The notes below the pieces were generated by a model. The model searched no databases. It saw only the letters and a program-made list of their open reading frames with translations, and had not been told where the DNA came from. A DNA stretch of 64,000 nucleotides. Source: the human T2T-CHM13v2.0 reference genome, Homo sapiens. The translations under genes and the position numbers were made by a program. This document shows, in pieces, positions 1 to 14,413 of this stretch. Each line of letters begins with the position of its first letter. The first letter of the stretch is position 1. The stretch lies in assembly GCF_009914755.1 (NCBI RefSeq), contig NC_060934.1; one strand, written 5' to 3'.

Positions 1-265
1 CCCTTTGCCTTGAGGATGAACTGAAATCCCAAACCTGACTCCATAGCTCTTCATGATCTGGCCGTTACCTACCTCTCTCCCTTATCACTTCCTGGCCCTT
101 ACCCTAAACTCAACCCTAATAAACTCTCAGCAGCTTCTTACCCACCTTGCTCTCACTTCCTGCACAGCTGTTCTGTCTGCCTCTACAGCAGTTCTTCAGC
201 CGCACCCCTTTTCTACTTGACAACTTCAGGTCTCATTCTAGAGTTACTTCCTGCAAGAATTCCTA
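1..265 (+). mobile_element. L2 LINE fragment (ancient)
   Basis: Pyrimidine-rich sequence resembling the L2 3' region (CATGATCTGGCC...CCTACCTCTC); heavily diverged, boundaries approximate. Confidence 0.55.
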
Positions 266-1914
266 AAAACAAACAAAAAATCATGTCTCCTGTTAAGTAT
301 AGACACTGGTGCAATCAGGTTCGGGAGATGGGGGCCCTGCACCCCATATTTTGGAAAGAGTCCAGTGTCGTGACAACAAAACTGTAGTTGAATTTATAAG
401 TCCAGAAAGGGAGCAAGGGGTGTTGGAGGTCCCAGTTTCTTGGTCGTAGTGAAGGTGGGGAAGATTTGAAAGGGATCTTACGCAGATTCAATGACCCAAG
501 AGAGGGACCTTTACAACCTGGAGGGGCCAGATTGGCAAGAATATGAAGCATCTCAATGCCTTCCTGCATGGATGTCCAAGAAAATGCGTGCATTGTACAC
601 AGAGTCGTACACAGAGTCCTACATCCAGTGACTCTCCTGCCTACAAAACTTTGGCAAATTGATATGTTCCCAGAACTTAGGTCAAGCCAGGAAAAGAGAG
701 AAAAATTATGACTTAACTGAGAAATAACTGAGCTTCCCTGGTGAAATGGGAGCTCAAAAAATAAATAAAGTCAAATTATAGACAAATAGAACACATTTCT
801 TATAGTTGAGAGTTGTGAACTGAGATTTGTATTGCCCTTTTTATTACCCTGAAGAGTAATCACCTGTTTACGTGTTTGCCTCTGAGGAGACTCTCTAAGT
901 CCCTCATGGTGATATACCTTTTGCTGGCTAATAGCATTGATTCTGGTTAATAATGATTGATAAATATATGTAAAAAATGAATAAATTTTTAAGACCAAAA
1001 ATTTGCCATAATTAAGAACTCTGAGAATCTCGGTCTGCTGGGCACAGGCAACTAGGGAACAGTGGGTTGCAGTCCAGGTACATATATGGTGCAATGGGAT
1101 TGCAGGAAGAAACAATTAAAATTTGTGCTGGGAGTCTAGGAAGGCATGGAGGATGTGACATTTGAACTTAGATGTGGAGGTAGGCAACAGGTCTTGACAC
1201 CCATTTGGATCCCACAATCAGGCCTAACTAATGAATTTATACACTATCTCCACTGAAGGCCAACAGAAAAAGAACAAAGATGGGGGCCTTAGGAGAAGGT
1301 ATTTGCAAAGAACCTAACAGGTACTGGGCATTTGACAAAGTCTGAGTTCATCTTTCCCCATTCACCCTTTCCCGCCTCCTTATACTGTATCATCTCTCCA
1401 TGACTAACATTTGCAGAATGGATTACAGCTCACAGACTGTGTTCATTTGACCCTCTTATGTAACAGCGTATCTCCAAGGTTTAAAGAATAGTTTCAAAAC
1501 TCAGGAGCCAGAAACTTCAAGCTAGCTTTGCCCTACTTTCCCTAACACAGGCTTGTTCTGCACTGTCACTTAATGCAACATATGGTTGGTGTGAGTAAAG
1601 ACTAAATATGAGGACCCTGCACTTCGCACATGTAAAAACCTTACTCAAGCCAGGGCCGGATCAGAGGAGCAGCAAATGTCTTTATTCTTGGGCCCCGTTC
1701 ATTGCACCTTGACAAACCTTCCTGATTCTCCACCCTTCCTTCTCCTTCCTCTTTTTTTTTCCCTTCCTTTTCTCCTTTCTTCTGGCTCCGTCTCCCTCAC
1801 CTCATGTGGCTGTGGAAAACTTTCTAGCTATTGAGCATTAGCCCTAGCTGTGATGACCATGAACATCCAGCGAAGGGTTTTTCTGCCTCGCTCTACATCA
1901 TATTCATCTGAGGA

Positions 1915-2058
1915 GATATTATTTTAAGGAGATGCTCATGGCCTCATCTCAAGAGATCTGAAATCAAATATTCTGGGATGCAGCCCAGGCATTGGTATTT
2001 TTAAAATGCTTCCCCAAGAAATGCTAAAGTGCAGTCAGTATTGAGAATCACAGATCTA
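1915..2058. mobile_element. MER5-type hAT-Charlie MITE fragment
   Basis: CTGGGATGCAGCCCAGGCATTGGTATTTTTAAAA...TTGAGAATCAC resembles recalled MER5A/B consensus. Confidence 0.55.
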
Positions 2059-2566
2059 AATTTTCCCTCCATATCTTAATTTCTTTTTCTATAAAATGAA
2101 CTCATTGGCCTGAAAGCTATTAAAAAAAAAAAAACTTTAAACTTTCTAGGTGTGAAATATCTCCCAGAGACCTAAAGGCATATCAGATCAGTGGATGGAT
2201 CACTGCAGAAAGGTTTGGGTGGGACTGGGAGTTCAAGGTGATGGGAGGTTAGGGATGTTTTGCGGGTAACATGGAAAGGGAGAGATGGACTAGTGGGTTC
2301 TAATAACTTTTTTGTTCACTTTAAGTTCTGATATTTCTGACAGTAGAATGTTTTGTGTTTTTGTGTTATTTTGTTTTTCCTAAGAGGAATAGTCCACACT
2401 TTCTTTGAAAAAAGTACATTTTCAATCATGAACTTGGACATCTGATGTTATTCAAATTCTCTGGTTGTTTTGTGTTGTTTTAATATGGAGTCAGAGCCAA
2501 CTAACCATTTTATAGAGCTTCCCAATCTCCCCTAATTCTGTGCATATGACTATCTGGCAAGAATAA

Positions 2567-3118
<552 letters not shown>

Positions 3119-3407
3119 TAGAATCCCACTCATCAGCACAACTCTAATTAACATGCCAATGAGTATTAAGTTGGGGTTACTACAGACTGAGCAACTACTT
3201 CACTTGGGGCTCAGCAGGTTTCAAAAAGCAACATGCCTCATTGATAAAACATTCTACTCTTTTTGAGTCATCACAGAAATGCTCAGAAAGCAAATAATTC
3301 CACAAAGAAAGCACGTTGTGAAAATGAACCCACTTACCAAAAAAAAGGTAGTCTTCAGTGTCTGTATTAATCAGTGATCTTCACTGAAAGAGAACAAATA
3401 GTACATA

Positions 3408-4091
3408 CAGTCTTGCACCACATAATGGCATTTTGGTCAACAACAGACCACATATATGAGTGGCCCCAGCAGATTATAATGCCATATTTTTACCTTTTTT
3501 ATGTTTAAATACATTTAGATACACAAATACTTAGCATTGTGTTACATTTGCCTATAGTATTTGGTACAGTAACATGCTATACAGGTTGGTAGCTGTGTTA
3601 GTCTGTTCTCATGCTGCAAATAAAGACATACAGAAGACTGGTTAATTTATAAAGGAAAGGAGGTTTAATGGACTCACAGTTCCACATGGCTGGGGAGGCC
3701 TCACAATCTATGGCAGAAGGTGAAGGAGGAGCAAAGGCACGTCTTACACGGAGGCAGGCTGGAATGTGTGTGCAGGGGAACTGCCCTTTATAAGACCATC
3801 AGATCTCATGAGACTTATTCACTATCATGAGAACAGCACAAGAAAAACCTGCCTCCATGATTCAGTTACCTCCCACTAGGCCCCTCCCATGACACATGGG
3901 GATTATGGGAACTACAGTTCAAGATGAGATTTGGGTGGGGACACAACCAAATCACATCAGTAGCCTAGGTGTGTATTAGGCTCTACCATCTAGGTTTGTG
4001 TAAGTACACTCTACGCTGGTCCCACAATGACAAAATCACCTACAGACACACTTCTCAGAACATATCCCCATTGTTAAGTGGCACATGCCTG
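3408..4091 (+). mobile_element. Tigger3a/MER7A-like TcMar MITE, interrupted by THE1
   Basis: Termini CAGTC... and ...CATGCCTG flanked by TA; internal sequence matches recalled Tigger3a consensus. Confidence 0.85.
3594..3959 (-). mobile_element. THE1 (THE1C-like) MaLR solo LTR
   Basis: TG...CA ends, 366 bp, typical THE1 motifs; TSD GTAGC at 3589-3593 and 3960-3964. Confidence 0.92.
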
Positions 4092-4095
4092 TATA

Positions 4096-4422
4096 CAGTC
4101 ACCTCCCTGTATCCATACTACAACTGTGGATTCAACCAACCGTGAATCAAAAACATACTAAAATGATTAAAATAAAAGGTAATAATATGGCAATAAAAAT
4201 AATACAAATTTAAAAAGCAATACAGTATAACAACTATTTACACAGCATTTACATTTTATTCGGTATTTTAAGTAATTGAGAGATGATTTAAAGTATAAGG
4301 GAGGATTACATAACTTATATGAAAATATTATGCCATTTTACGGAAGGAATTTCAGCATCCTCCAATTTTGGTATTCATGGGGGTCCTGGAACTAATCCCC
4401 TGTGGATCCCAAGGGACAACTG
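4096..4422 (-). mobile_element. MER2 TcMar-Tigger MITE
   Basis: CAGTCACC...GGATTCAACCAACC start, GGGTCCTGGAAC...GGGACAACTG end, TA flanks. Confidence 0.85.
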
Positions 4423-5406
4423 TATATAGGAAGAAATTTATTATGAGAAATTGGTTCATGCTATTATAAAGACAGAAAAGTCCCAAGATCTGCCAGCAGT
4501 GAACTGGCAACCCAGGAAAGCTAGTGGTTTTGAGGAAAGCTAAATTCAGTTCGAGGACAGAGAACCTGGGAGAGCTGTTCGTATAAATCGCAGTGTGTGG
4601 CAGGAGAAGAAGAGATGAGATGTCCCAGCTCAATCAGTGAGGCAGAAAGAAAGGGGGCAAATTCCTCCTTCCTCTGCCTTTCTGTTCTAGTCGGGCCTTC
4701 AGTGGACTAGATGATGCCCATCTACATTGGGGAGGGCCATCTGCTTTCAAGTTCACTGATTCAAATGCTAAGCTCATCTGGAAACACCCTCACAAATGTA
4801 CCCAAAACAATGTTTAATCTGGGCACCTCATAGCCCAGTCTAGTTAACACAAAATCAACCATCACAGTGTCCTTCCCCCCTTGCCAGTAAACAATCTTTA
4901 TGGGAAGCTCACCAAGTGGTAGCACTGTGTTTTCCTTTCTTCCTCAGCATCTCATCCTGAATGCGCCACTTTCTGAAGGAGGATTTATTCACCTTCCTTT
5001 GCTCTCTTGTGACCAGACCTTTCAGGTTCTTTGTGATGTCAGCTAGGTTAGTCTGCGGTTTCTCAGCCATCGTGCCCCCTGGTCTGTGATGAGTCAGACT
5101 GGACTGCTCATTTATTTGGGGAGAGCAGTAAACATGAATGGGATTGTATGACTAAAGTTCAGCCGTAGACCCTCCCTTGTGAATGTGACCTCAAAGTGTT
5201 TAATTAAACGTTCTGACTATAAATGTATTTAGTAGATTTGAAGGGTTACTATGAAGATCATGAATATGTTTTATAGTCTGTAAAATCCTATATAGGTTTA
5301 AGGTAGGATGTATCTCTTTTTTCAGAAACATTAAGAAATTTCCTCTTGTGAAGGGTTTTCACTCTTTCTGGTTAGTCCTGACTTCTTTCGGGTGGCAGAA
5401 AAGATT

Positions 5407-5856
5407 TGTTATGGGCTGAAATGAGTCCCCCAAGATGATATTGAAGTCCTAATTCACAGTATCTGTGACTGTGACCTTACTTGAAATAAAGTCTTTGCAG
5501 ATGCACAAGTTGAGGTCATTAGGGAGAGCCCTAATCCGGTATGACTGTGTCCTTAGCAAAAGGGAGACTTTGAACACAGAGGCAGGTACAGGGACAGGAA
5601 GATACAGAGGGAAAGTACAGAGGGAGAACCCACAGAGGAGATGGCCATCTACAAACCAAGGGATGCCTGAGGCTACCAGAAGCTCAGAGAGTGGCAGAAC
5701 AGATTCTCTCTCACAGCCTCAGAAGGAACCAACCCTGCCAGTACCGACACCATGATCTTAGACTTCCAGCCTCCAGAAGTATGAGACAATAAAATTCTGT
5801 TTTCAAGACACTCAGTTTGTGAGACTTTGTGACAGTGACCCCAGGAAATGAATGCA
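5407..5856 (+). mobile_element. MLT1B/C MaLR solo LTR
   Basis: TGTTATGGGCTGAA start, GACTTCCAGCCTCCAGAA and AATAAA motifs, ends AATGCA. Confidence 0.85.
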
Positions 5857-5963
5857 GTATTATTTCCAGAAGAACTGAATGCTCTGCAGTTGAAGTTCTA
5901 AGCAACAATCTTCAGTCTCCAAGCAGGAGTGCTCTCAAACAAAATCAGAACTGCATGTCATGG

Positions 5964-6303
<340 letters not shown>

Positions 6304-6375
6304 TCAACTGGGGTTTTATTTCTGAGGTTTAGATGGCTCCAGATATTCAACTAAACACATTTCAACCCATCTCAC

Positions 6376-7122
6376 TGAAATGGGAGAGTTCCCTGAACCC
6401 CCTTGCAGGATGAGCAACAGGGATATGCCTCATTTATTCTGGTGCTGTGTGCTTAAACTCCTTACAGGCTGGGGAGCACACAGATGGGCAGGTGTAGGAG
6501 CTGGGATGAGCACCCCTGGGTTCCAGCCCCATGGCAGCATCTAGGGGTGGGTGTCCATGACTCCCAAAGCCCCAGTCAGCGTGTTACAGTGCTAGCCTTG
6601 TTGTCCATGAACAGCTTAAGTGTTAACCAGCTCAGTGCCCTCTTGATACCCAAGTCCTTGTCCAGCATCCAGGAAGAATCAGGTCACACACAGACTTGAA
6701 AGATGAATGTAAGGTTTTATTGAGTGGTGGAGCTGGCTCTTGGTGAGATGGATGGGGAGCTGGAAGGGGGATGGAGTGGGAAAATGATCTTTCTCTGCAG
6801 TGTGGCCGTCTAGCAGCTAATCTCCTCTCTGACCATCCCCAACCAAAGTCTTGTCAATGTTCAGTCACTCCTTCTCTTCTCTTTGCCACTCCATTCTTCT
6901 GTTCTTCTGCTCTTCTCTTTGTCTCTCCCTGTGGAGCCAGCAGTTTGGGGTTTATGTGGGTACAGGATAGGGAGGTGTGATGGGGCAAAAGGCAACTTTT
7001 GGGCACAAAAACAGGAATACCTGTTCCCATTTAGGGCCACAGGATTTCTGTTTTGAGGGTGGGGCCCTTGCTGGGTAACTGCCTTCTCCTACCTAGTATG
7101 TCCCTGTCTCCTGTCCATATCA
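6376..7122 (-). mobile_element. LTR1-family ERV1 solo LTR
   Basis: Minus strand begins TGATATGGACAGGAGACAGGG as in recalled LTR1 consensus; TG...CA ends; 4-bp TSD TCAC at 6372-6375 and 7123-7126. Confidence 0.8.
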
Positions 7123-7454
7123 TCACCTGTACAGGTGGCTGATAGAGTTTGCAAACTGCCTTCCACATGGCCTCACCTCTACAACCAGACTTCACATAGG
7201 TAGGCTTGGATCCATGAATATCTACAACCAAAGTGTTCAGTTACAATAGAAAACACTACAGTTGAAAGTGCTTAATTATATAGTTTTACCTTTTTCAAGT
7301 CAAGTTCCATTAAATTTGCATTATGAAAGATTACTGTCAAATATAAGATGAATATGCATAAAATTCCATATGCATTTCACTCAAGTTTGAGTTACAGCCA
7401 ATCCTCACCTTGATTCTTCATGGTGATCAATCAGGGATCCATGTAATGCAGTGG

Positions 7455-7590
7455 CACCGAACCCACCCTTTACATCAGCATCACCTGGAAGTTTTAAATA
7501 ATACTGACACCTGGGTGCCAGCTTCTGAGATTCTATCTCAATATCATCTGGAGTGTGCCATGGACATTGGGATTTTAAAAGTTCCCAGCC
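7455..7590. mobile_element. MER5-type MITE fragment interrupted by L1
   Basis: CATCAGCATCACCTGGAAG...GGATTTTAAAAGTTCCC. Confidence 0.5.
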
Positions 7591-8305
7591 CAGACAGAAT
7601 TATGATATGATCTAGCAATCACACTACTGGCTATATATCCAAAGGAAATAAAATCAATATGTTGAAGAGATATCTGCTCTCCCATGTTCATTTCAGCTCA
7701 ATTCACAATAGCCAAGATACGGAGTCAACCTCAGTGTCAAACAACAGATAAATGGATTTTTAAAATGTGATATATATATACAGGAAATACTATTTAACCT
7801 TAAAAAAAGAAGGAGATCCTGTTATTTGTGACAACATGGATGAACCTGGAGGACATTATGTTAAGTGAAGTAAGCCAGGCACAGAAAAACAAACACTGCA
7901 TGGTCTCCCTTATATGTGGAATCCACAAAAAAATATCTCTTAGAAGCAGAGAGTAGAAGAAGGGTGGTTACTAGAGCGTGGGAGGGATGGGGGAAGAAAT
8001 TGGAGAGAAGTTGGTCAAAGGATACAAAACTTCAGTTAGGAGAAAGAAGTTCAAGAGGTCCATTGCACAACATGGTGACTATATAGTAAATGTATTCAAT
8101 GTATTTTACACTTGAAAATTGCTGAGAGTGTAGAATTTAAGTGTTCTCACCACAAAAGAATGCAAAGTATGTGAGGTATTAGATATGCTAATGGGCTTGA
8201 TTTAGCCATTCCACAATGCATACATATATCAAAATGTCAGGTTGTATATCATAAATATATATCATTTTTATTTGTCAATTAGAAAAAAACTAATTTAAAA
8301 AAAAT
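7591..8305 (+). mobile_element. L1 3' fragment (L1MA-type)
   Basis: ORF2 C-terminal/3'UTR motifs (CAACATGGATGAACCTGGAGGACATTATG), A-rich end. Confidence 0.9.
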
Positions 8306-9142
8306 GTTTTCTGCAAGTGGAACCTCCAAAATTGGAAAAATAAATAAATAAAACAAAAGGTCTAGGCCAAGGTGGAAAATCTCTGGTAAAGCACTGGCTC
8401 CGGGGTCAGCCACACAGGAGCTGGAATTGCTCACAATTGCGCCACTGTCTACCGGCAGGGCTACTTTGGCTATGTTTTCATTTCCTCAGTGACACAGGGA
8501 CAATACATGCCTCATCGTGCTTCTGTAGCATTACATGAGATAATGCCCATGTTAAGGGTTATCATGAAGAGAAATCTCCTTTGGACTCACTATACCTATA
8601 GATTTCTGGTCTTGGGTATTTACAAGAGGGAATAAAAAATGACCCTGGACTACCACATCAGGAAGGCACCCAATAAGCCAACCATAATACAGATCAGGAT
8701 GATGAGAAATCTTGCGTCACACCTTGTGATCCATTTGAAAAAAAAAAAAAATTCCTAGAAAGGGTTAATTCTTTTAAAAGGAAGTTATAAACCACAAACC
8801 CTTGAAATAGTTCTATATTTCTCAATCTGCTATTACAAGTTTGCTGCAATCTGTGATTCAACTCAAAGAATGGAAATCAAGTGAGAAAATAAACAGCCTC
8901 ACCTTATTTGCAGGAGGTCACAGGGAAGTAGAGAGGGGGATGAAGAAATATATTTCCATCCTGAGGTGGTCTGCCATCTCACTTGAAGAGGTGCTACAGG
9001 AATAAGAAGTGTTCTAGAATTAAGCAAAGTGAAAATCTGAAAGACAGTGAATTTAACCATTCTCTACCTCCTGCCTCTACAGGAAATATTTACCATCTAC
9101 TCCTTTTGATCTTTATTTGCCTATAAGGATTATGTTATTAAA

Positions 9143-9183
9143 ACACACACACGTAGACACACACACACACACACACACACACA
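9143..9183. repeat. (CA)n microsatellite (interrupted)
   Basis: Direct reading; a second (CA)n lies at 9491-9510. Confidence 0.95.
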
Positions 9184-10665
9184 GGAGTGCAGGGAAGGAA
9201 AAGCTACAGGGCAGCTGGTCATATCCCTGTTTTCATAGTGAACTCATCTCAGAAAATTATTTTCAGTTTTCAAGTGAATGATTTGAGATACCCACTTCAT
9301 GGACAATCTCAGACAAAAATTATGTGGCGTGTGTTAGAACTTTAATATGTGTTAAATATTCAGTTATAAAAAGTTCCTCCCTTGCATTTGTAATTATAAA
9401 GTGACATATTCATTGAAACATTGTCAACCAGAAATCAGAATTCTCACTTTTTAATGCTTCAGTGGGAAGAAAGCCCTTAAGGTTTGATGTCACACACACA
9501 CACACACACAAATTCTTATTTAAATGTTATATCAAGCCTTTTTTTGCAAATGAATTATAATGGTTTCTAGTCCAGTAATGCTGGCCTAATAGCTAGGATA
9601 CAGTTGTTTTTATGCTATCAACAATTTTCATTTTTGCTTTTCATTTAATACTTTTAAAAACAGAACATACTTAGAGTAAAACAGAGAAATTAGAAAAAAA
9701 CAACAGCTGGTTAAAAGTGAACTCAAGCTTTTTCTCTCCGGTTTCCCAATTTTCATAAAACGCAAACTTTATAAACAGGAGAGAAATGGTCAAACAAGCT
9801 TGTTTCTCAGGAAGCCTTAGCTTTTAAACAGAAGACACCCGAAGGCAGAGGTATATAAAGATTATTGTTCATATACAGCAGTGATTCTGTAATTAATTCG
9901 TTTGAGCTTTGTGAAAAGTATTCTTTGTCCCTACGTAAAGTCAGGGCTCTGTAGTTTTTCCCAGTTATTTTATCATTACCCTCAATCAGCTGAGCTTGCT
10001 ACATTCTTTTTTCCTAGATCGAGTACTGCACTGGTTGGCTGCATTCTATATTCCCCTTTCTTTTTTTAATCCCCATTTATAAGGTGACTATCCAGAGAAG
10101 CATGTGTCCCAGAGATGGCATGGCAGTGCTAGCTTAAACCTTAAAGCCTTCTTTTCTGCTTCCAAAGCCATGCCGGTTCAAATCATTATGGGATGTCCTA
10201 ATATTTTCTATAATAAAAGACACTTTGGCCAGTGAACTGTCAAAATCATATCACCAATAGACTCTACCACTAGATTAGAAAATTGCTTAACATCACCTAG
10301 AAATACTTGAGGACATTAGATATGATTTGCTGAAAATGAGGCCAAAAATGATTAGTGCAAGCCATAAGGGAGAAAAATTAGACAAATTTTTGAAGCCCTG
10401 CTTTTCAAAGAAGCTTCAGACCAGTAAGAAATGTTTGTACAAATAACAACAGTCTATAAGAATGTAGCTGTATGGATATATTTCAAAATAGAAGGTCAGA
10501 GGCAAACTTCAAAATAGGACCTTTTTTTTTCTAAAACTACTTTGTACCCCCTAAAAGGGTGACTAAATAGAATAATATGAGAATGGTCCTGGTTTTCTGA
10601 TTATAGAAAGAAATATATGGAAATAACTTAGTAAATAAGGAAAGGTATGAAGAAAATAAAATTAA

Positions 10666-11061
<396 letters not shown>

Positions 11062-11589
11062 TAAGTATGAATGTTGGAAGTCAAAAACTGGAAGCACCTC
11101 AATGCGTTTTTGTCTGGGCTGCAGTCTACAGTGGCATGGAAAGATTGGAGCTGGGTTAGGGCCCCTATCTTCGGAGAGCTCCTCTCTCCTGCTTGCCACA
11201 CCCACCCCTGCTTGCCCTTTGTTGCTACTGAGTTGTCTTGCCAGTTATTATGCTGTCTTACCCTAGAGATTTTCCTGTGGCTGGTCTTCAATTAGAGTAA
11301 GAGGAAAGAAATACGGGTGTTGTCGGGAGGAAAGATGATTGCAAAAGAGAAAGCTAGACCAAGAAAGCTGAATGTTTCTAGAAAAGCAAGAGAAAAAAAA
11401 TCCTGTTGCATTTTAATAGACAACTTCCCTGTCCACAGTACCTCTATGGTTCCTCTCTGGGGACTATGGGCAGTTGAGTTTGCAGTCCTGGTAGCAATAC
11501 AAAATACTGATATCACATTCTATGTAACATTTTGTGACTTTTGATCAGTTATTTCATTCTGAAAGTCTTTCAAAGTCATTCCACCAAAA

Positions 11590-12520
11590 CATGTTTTTGA
11601 TTGTTTCATAATATCCAGTTTTATAGATATGTCATATGCATATATATTTAACCCACATTAAATTATTAGATACTAAGTTGCCTCTGATAGCTTATTAATA
11701 TAATTAATACTACTACGAATATCCTGCACATAAACCTTTAAGAAGAAAACTTTTAGAAATAAAAATCCTGTGTCAAATATAACATTGTTTTTAGTTTTTG
11801 ATACATGCTACCAAATTGCTTTCTGGACAGCAATTGAAACACTCACCAGCCATATATGAGTGGGCCTATTTCATTGTACCTCATTGTATCATTACATATA
11901 ATCAATTAAAGGTGTTTACAAATTTGATGGGTAAAATGCTATATTGCATTTTGTTTTTACTTATATTTCTTGATTCTTACAGAGATAGTTTTTATATGCA
12001 TTGTTTCATTTGAATTTCTTCCTCCATACATTTTCTGGTTTGGGATTTTGCATACATACTATCTATTATTGTATCCACAGGGTTTTGCTCTTTAATAGAT
12101 CCATATATATTTCTTAATTTGTCTTTCATTTTTACTGTTATATATGATGTTTTTGATAAACGGATTTTTATGAACTCAAACATGAACTTTTCTTTATATT
12201 TTAATTGCATTTTATTTAAAATTGTTCTTTATAAATGCTTTCACATAAAAGCAAGAAATGAAATTATCAAGACAAAAATTTGCCTTCCTTATGTTTTTCT
12301 CTAATTTTCTATGGCTTCACTTTGTATATTTAACTTTTCTGTCTGTTATTTATTTTGGTTTTGAATATGAATTGAAAATCTAATCTTTTTACCTCCACAG
12401 CGTTCTTGTAATATTTCATATGACATTAGTTGAGTAATTATTCCAATTTCTCTGTTAGGGTTTTTTAAAATCGTCTATTAGTTTTTATATTCAAGAATAT
12501 ATTTTATATTCAAGTTTTTA
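11590..12520 (-). mobile_element. Ancient L1 (L1M-type) relic
   Basis: T-rich degenerate antisense L1 ORF2-like motifs (CTCACCAGC.ATATATGAG); boundaries approximate. Confidence 0.55.
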
Positions 12521-13149
12521 TATTCCCGTTATGTATTTGTTAACGTTTGTGCTAACAGAACCCTACTATAATTATTGTTGTCCAGCTCTGTCCTTTACCC
12601 CTTGGGAATGTCTCCCTCATAATAGTACTTATATGTATGTAGGCTTTGATTTATATATGACAATACTAATCCTTCTCTGGATTCTGGAAATGCTTGCATA
12701 GTTTCTGTTGCCTACACCTGAAAAACCATTGGTCCTTTTATAAATTCTGATAGAGTATAATACATGATACATACATGAGAACTAACGTGGGAATTATTTT
12801 CCTTTATAAAGGACAAATTAGGGATAGATGTTTACAAAGAAAGATATTACGGCAAGCAAGTGGTCATGATATTACTATAGCTGTCTTGCTCAAAGGACAC
12901 AGATTTGGTTTTTAAAAGGAGGGGTGAATGGTGAAAGGATTACCAATGAATCTTCAGTGATCTAAGGTTAAACCTATGGCTTCTGCCTTCTACCATGTTC
13001 TATGAATTAAATATGTTCATGGAAAATATTTATTTAAATCACAGTGTTCATTCAATCATCCAATTGAATGATCCGTATGATTCTAAAGATGCTTTATTTA
13101 TCCTTCTTTCTGATTGTCAGTTAGAAGATGCCCTTTCTGTAAGGAATTC

Positions 13150-13370
13150 AGTAGGACTCTCAAGCTAGATCACCTGGCTTCAAATTTGGCCTCTGTCACC
13201 CACAAACTACAATCATCATTTACCCTCTCTGTGCTTAGTTTCCTCGCCTATAAAATGAAGATTAAAATAGAGCATACCTCAGAGATTGTTATGAGTATTT
13301 AGTGGGCTAGTTTTTGTAAGTCTTTAGAACTCTCCTTGATACATACTAAATTTTATGTATTCATTCAATA
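13150..13370 (+). mobile_element. MIR SINE
   Basis: Core CTCTGTGCTTAGTTTCCTCGCCTATAAAATG...TTGTTATGAGTATT. Confidence 0.75.
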
Positions 13371-13987
13371 AAATTCTCTATTTTCATTTCAGATCTTTCT
13401 ACTTACAACTCTGTCTCAATTGTTTAGTGATCTAAAAAAATGTTGATGTACAATAGCAGAAATTATGTTAGAAACACTGAAATATTTTATAGTCTACATA
13501 GCTTTCTGGGGGAAGTCATTGAGATTTTTATAGATTGAGTGTGGTAAACTAGCAGGTGAGCTTTGTTTTCCTCTCTTTAATGTGGCAAAAAAAAAAAAAA
13601 AATAGGGATTCAAGAAACCAGTTGGAGCCGGGGTACAGCTACCAATTTCCAACTTTGCCAGTAAACAAAGATGTATTTTCAATGGGCCCATGTCCCAACT
13701 TTTAAATCATTCATGTAATTACAAATGATTTTTAAATTTCTCATTAAATTATGACTTTAGAAATGTTTGGCATCAGGTGACTACTGAGATCATTGAGGTA
13801 AACTTTTCATTTTTTACTAGAATAGTTTAGTGTATTTTTTTCTTTTCATCAATAGTGTAAATGGATATAGTTTCTATTCATCTTAGATTATAAAGCTTCT
13901 AGTTCAGTATAGATTCTAAAATAATTCTTTAAAAGTCTCTGTGAATTGTTTTCTTATCGTTGGGGAATACGTTTTATCACGGCTCCC

Positions 13988-14413
13988 CAGGGTATCGAAA
14001 GTGGACCAGCACTGGTCTGTGGATTGTTTATTACAGTTTATGACAATTCTTAGGAGTAAGAATTTGGAAATGCATAGCAATTTGACAGAGTAATTTTATG
14101 GCTTTTAATCCAATATTTTTCTTAACGGGGTTTGTATTGTTTTTCTAATAGCTTGATTTTATTTGTATTTAACAAAAGTACTGGTCTACAATGAATCAAA
14201 AACTTTGAAGGAAAGAAGGAAGGAGAGAAGGAGGAAGGGAATCGAAGGGAGAAGGAAAAGAGAAGGAAGGGAGAAGGAAGGAGGGAGACAGGGAGGAAGG
14301 AAGGAGGGAGAGAGGGAGGAAGGAAGGAGGGAGAGAGGGAGGAAGGAAGGAAGGAGGGAGGAAGGAGGGAGGGAGGGAGGGAGAGAGGTTCCTCACCACA
14401 GTGGGAAGTACTG
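13988..14413. mobile_element. hAT-Charlie MITE (Charlie18a-like) hosting a polypurine expansion
   Basis: TAGCAATTTGACAGAGTAATTTTATG and terminal CACCACAG...AAGTACTG match a recalled Charlie consensus on both sides of the GA tract. Confidence 0.55.
14207..14388 (+). repeat. GGAA/GGGA-rich polypurine tract
   Basis: 182 bp containing only 3 pyrimidines. Confidence 0.95.

Larger units (their letters stand above)
3363..4866 (-). mobile_element. MLT2-family (ERVL) solo LTR, split by nested insertions
   Basis: Starts TGTATTAATCAG, resumes after 4422 (AAATTTATTATGAGAAATTGG), ends AACCATCACA; 5-bp TSD GTGTC at 3358-3362 and 4867-4871. Confidence 0.85.

Noticed and set aside
595-618. 12-bp perfect tandem duplication GTACACAGAGTC x2
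   Set aside because: Ordinary slippage micro-duplication with no further structure.
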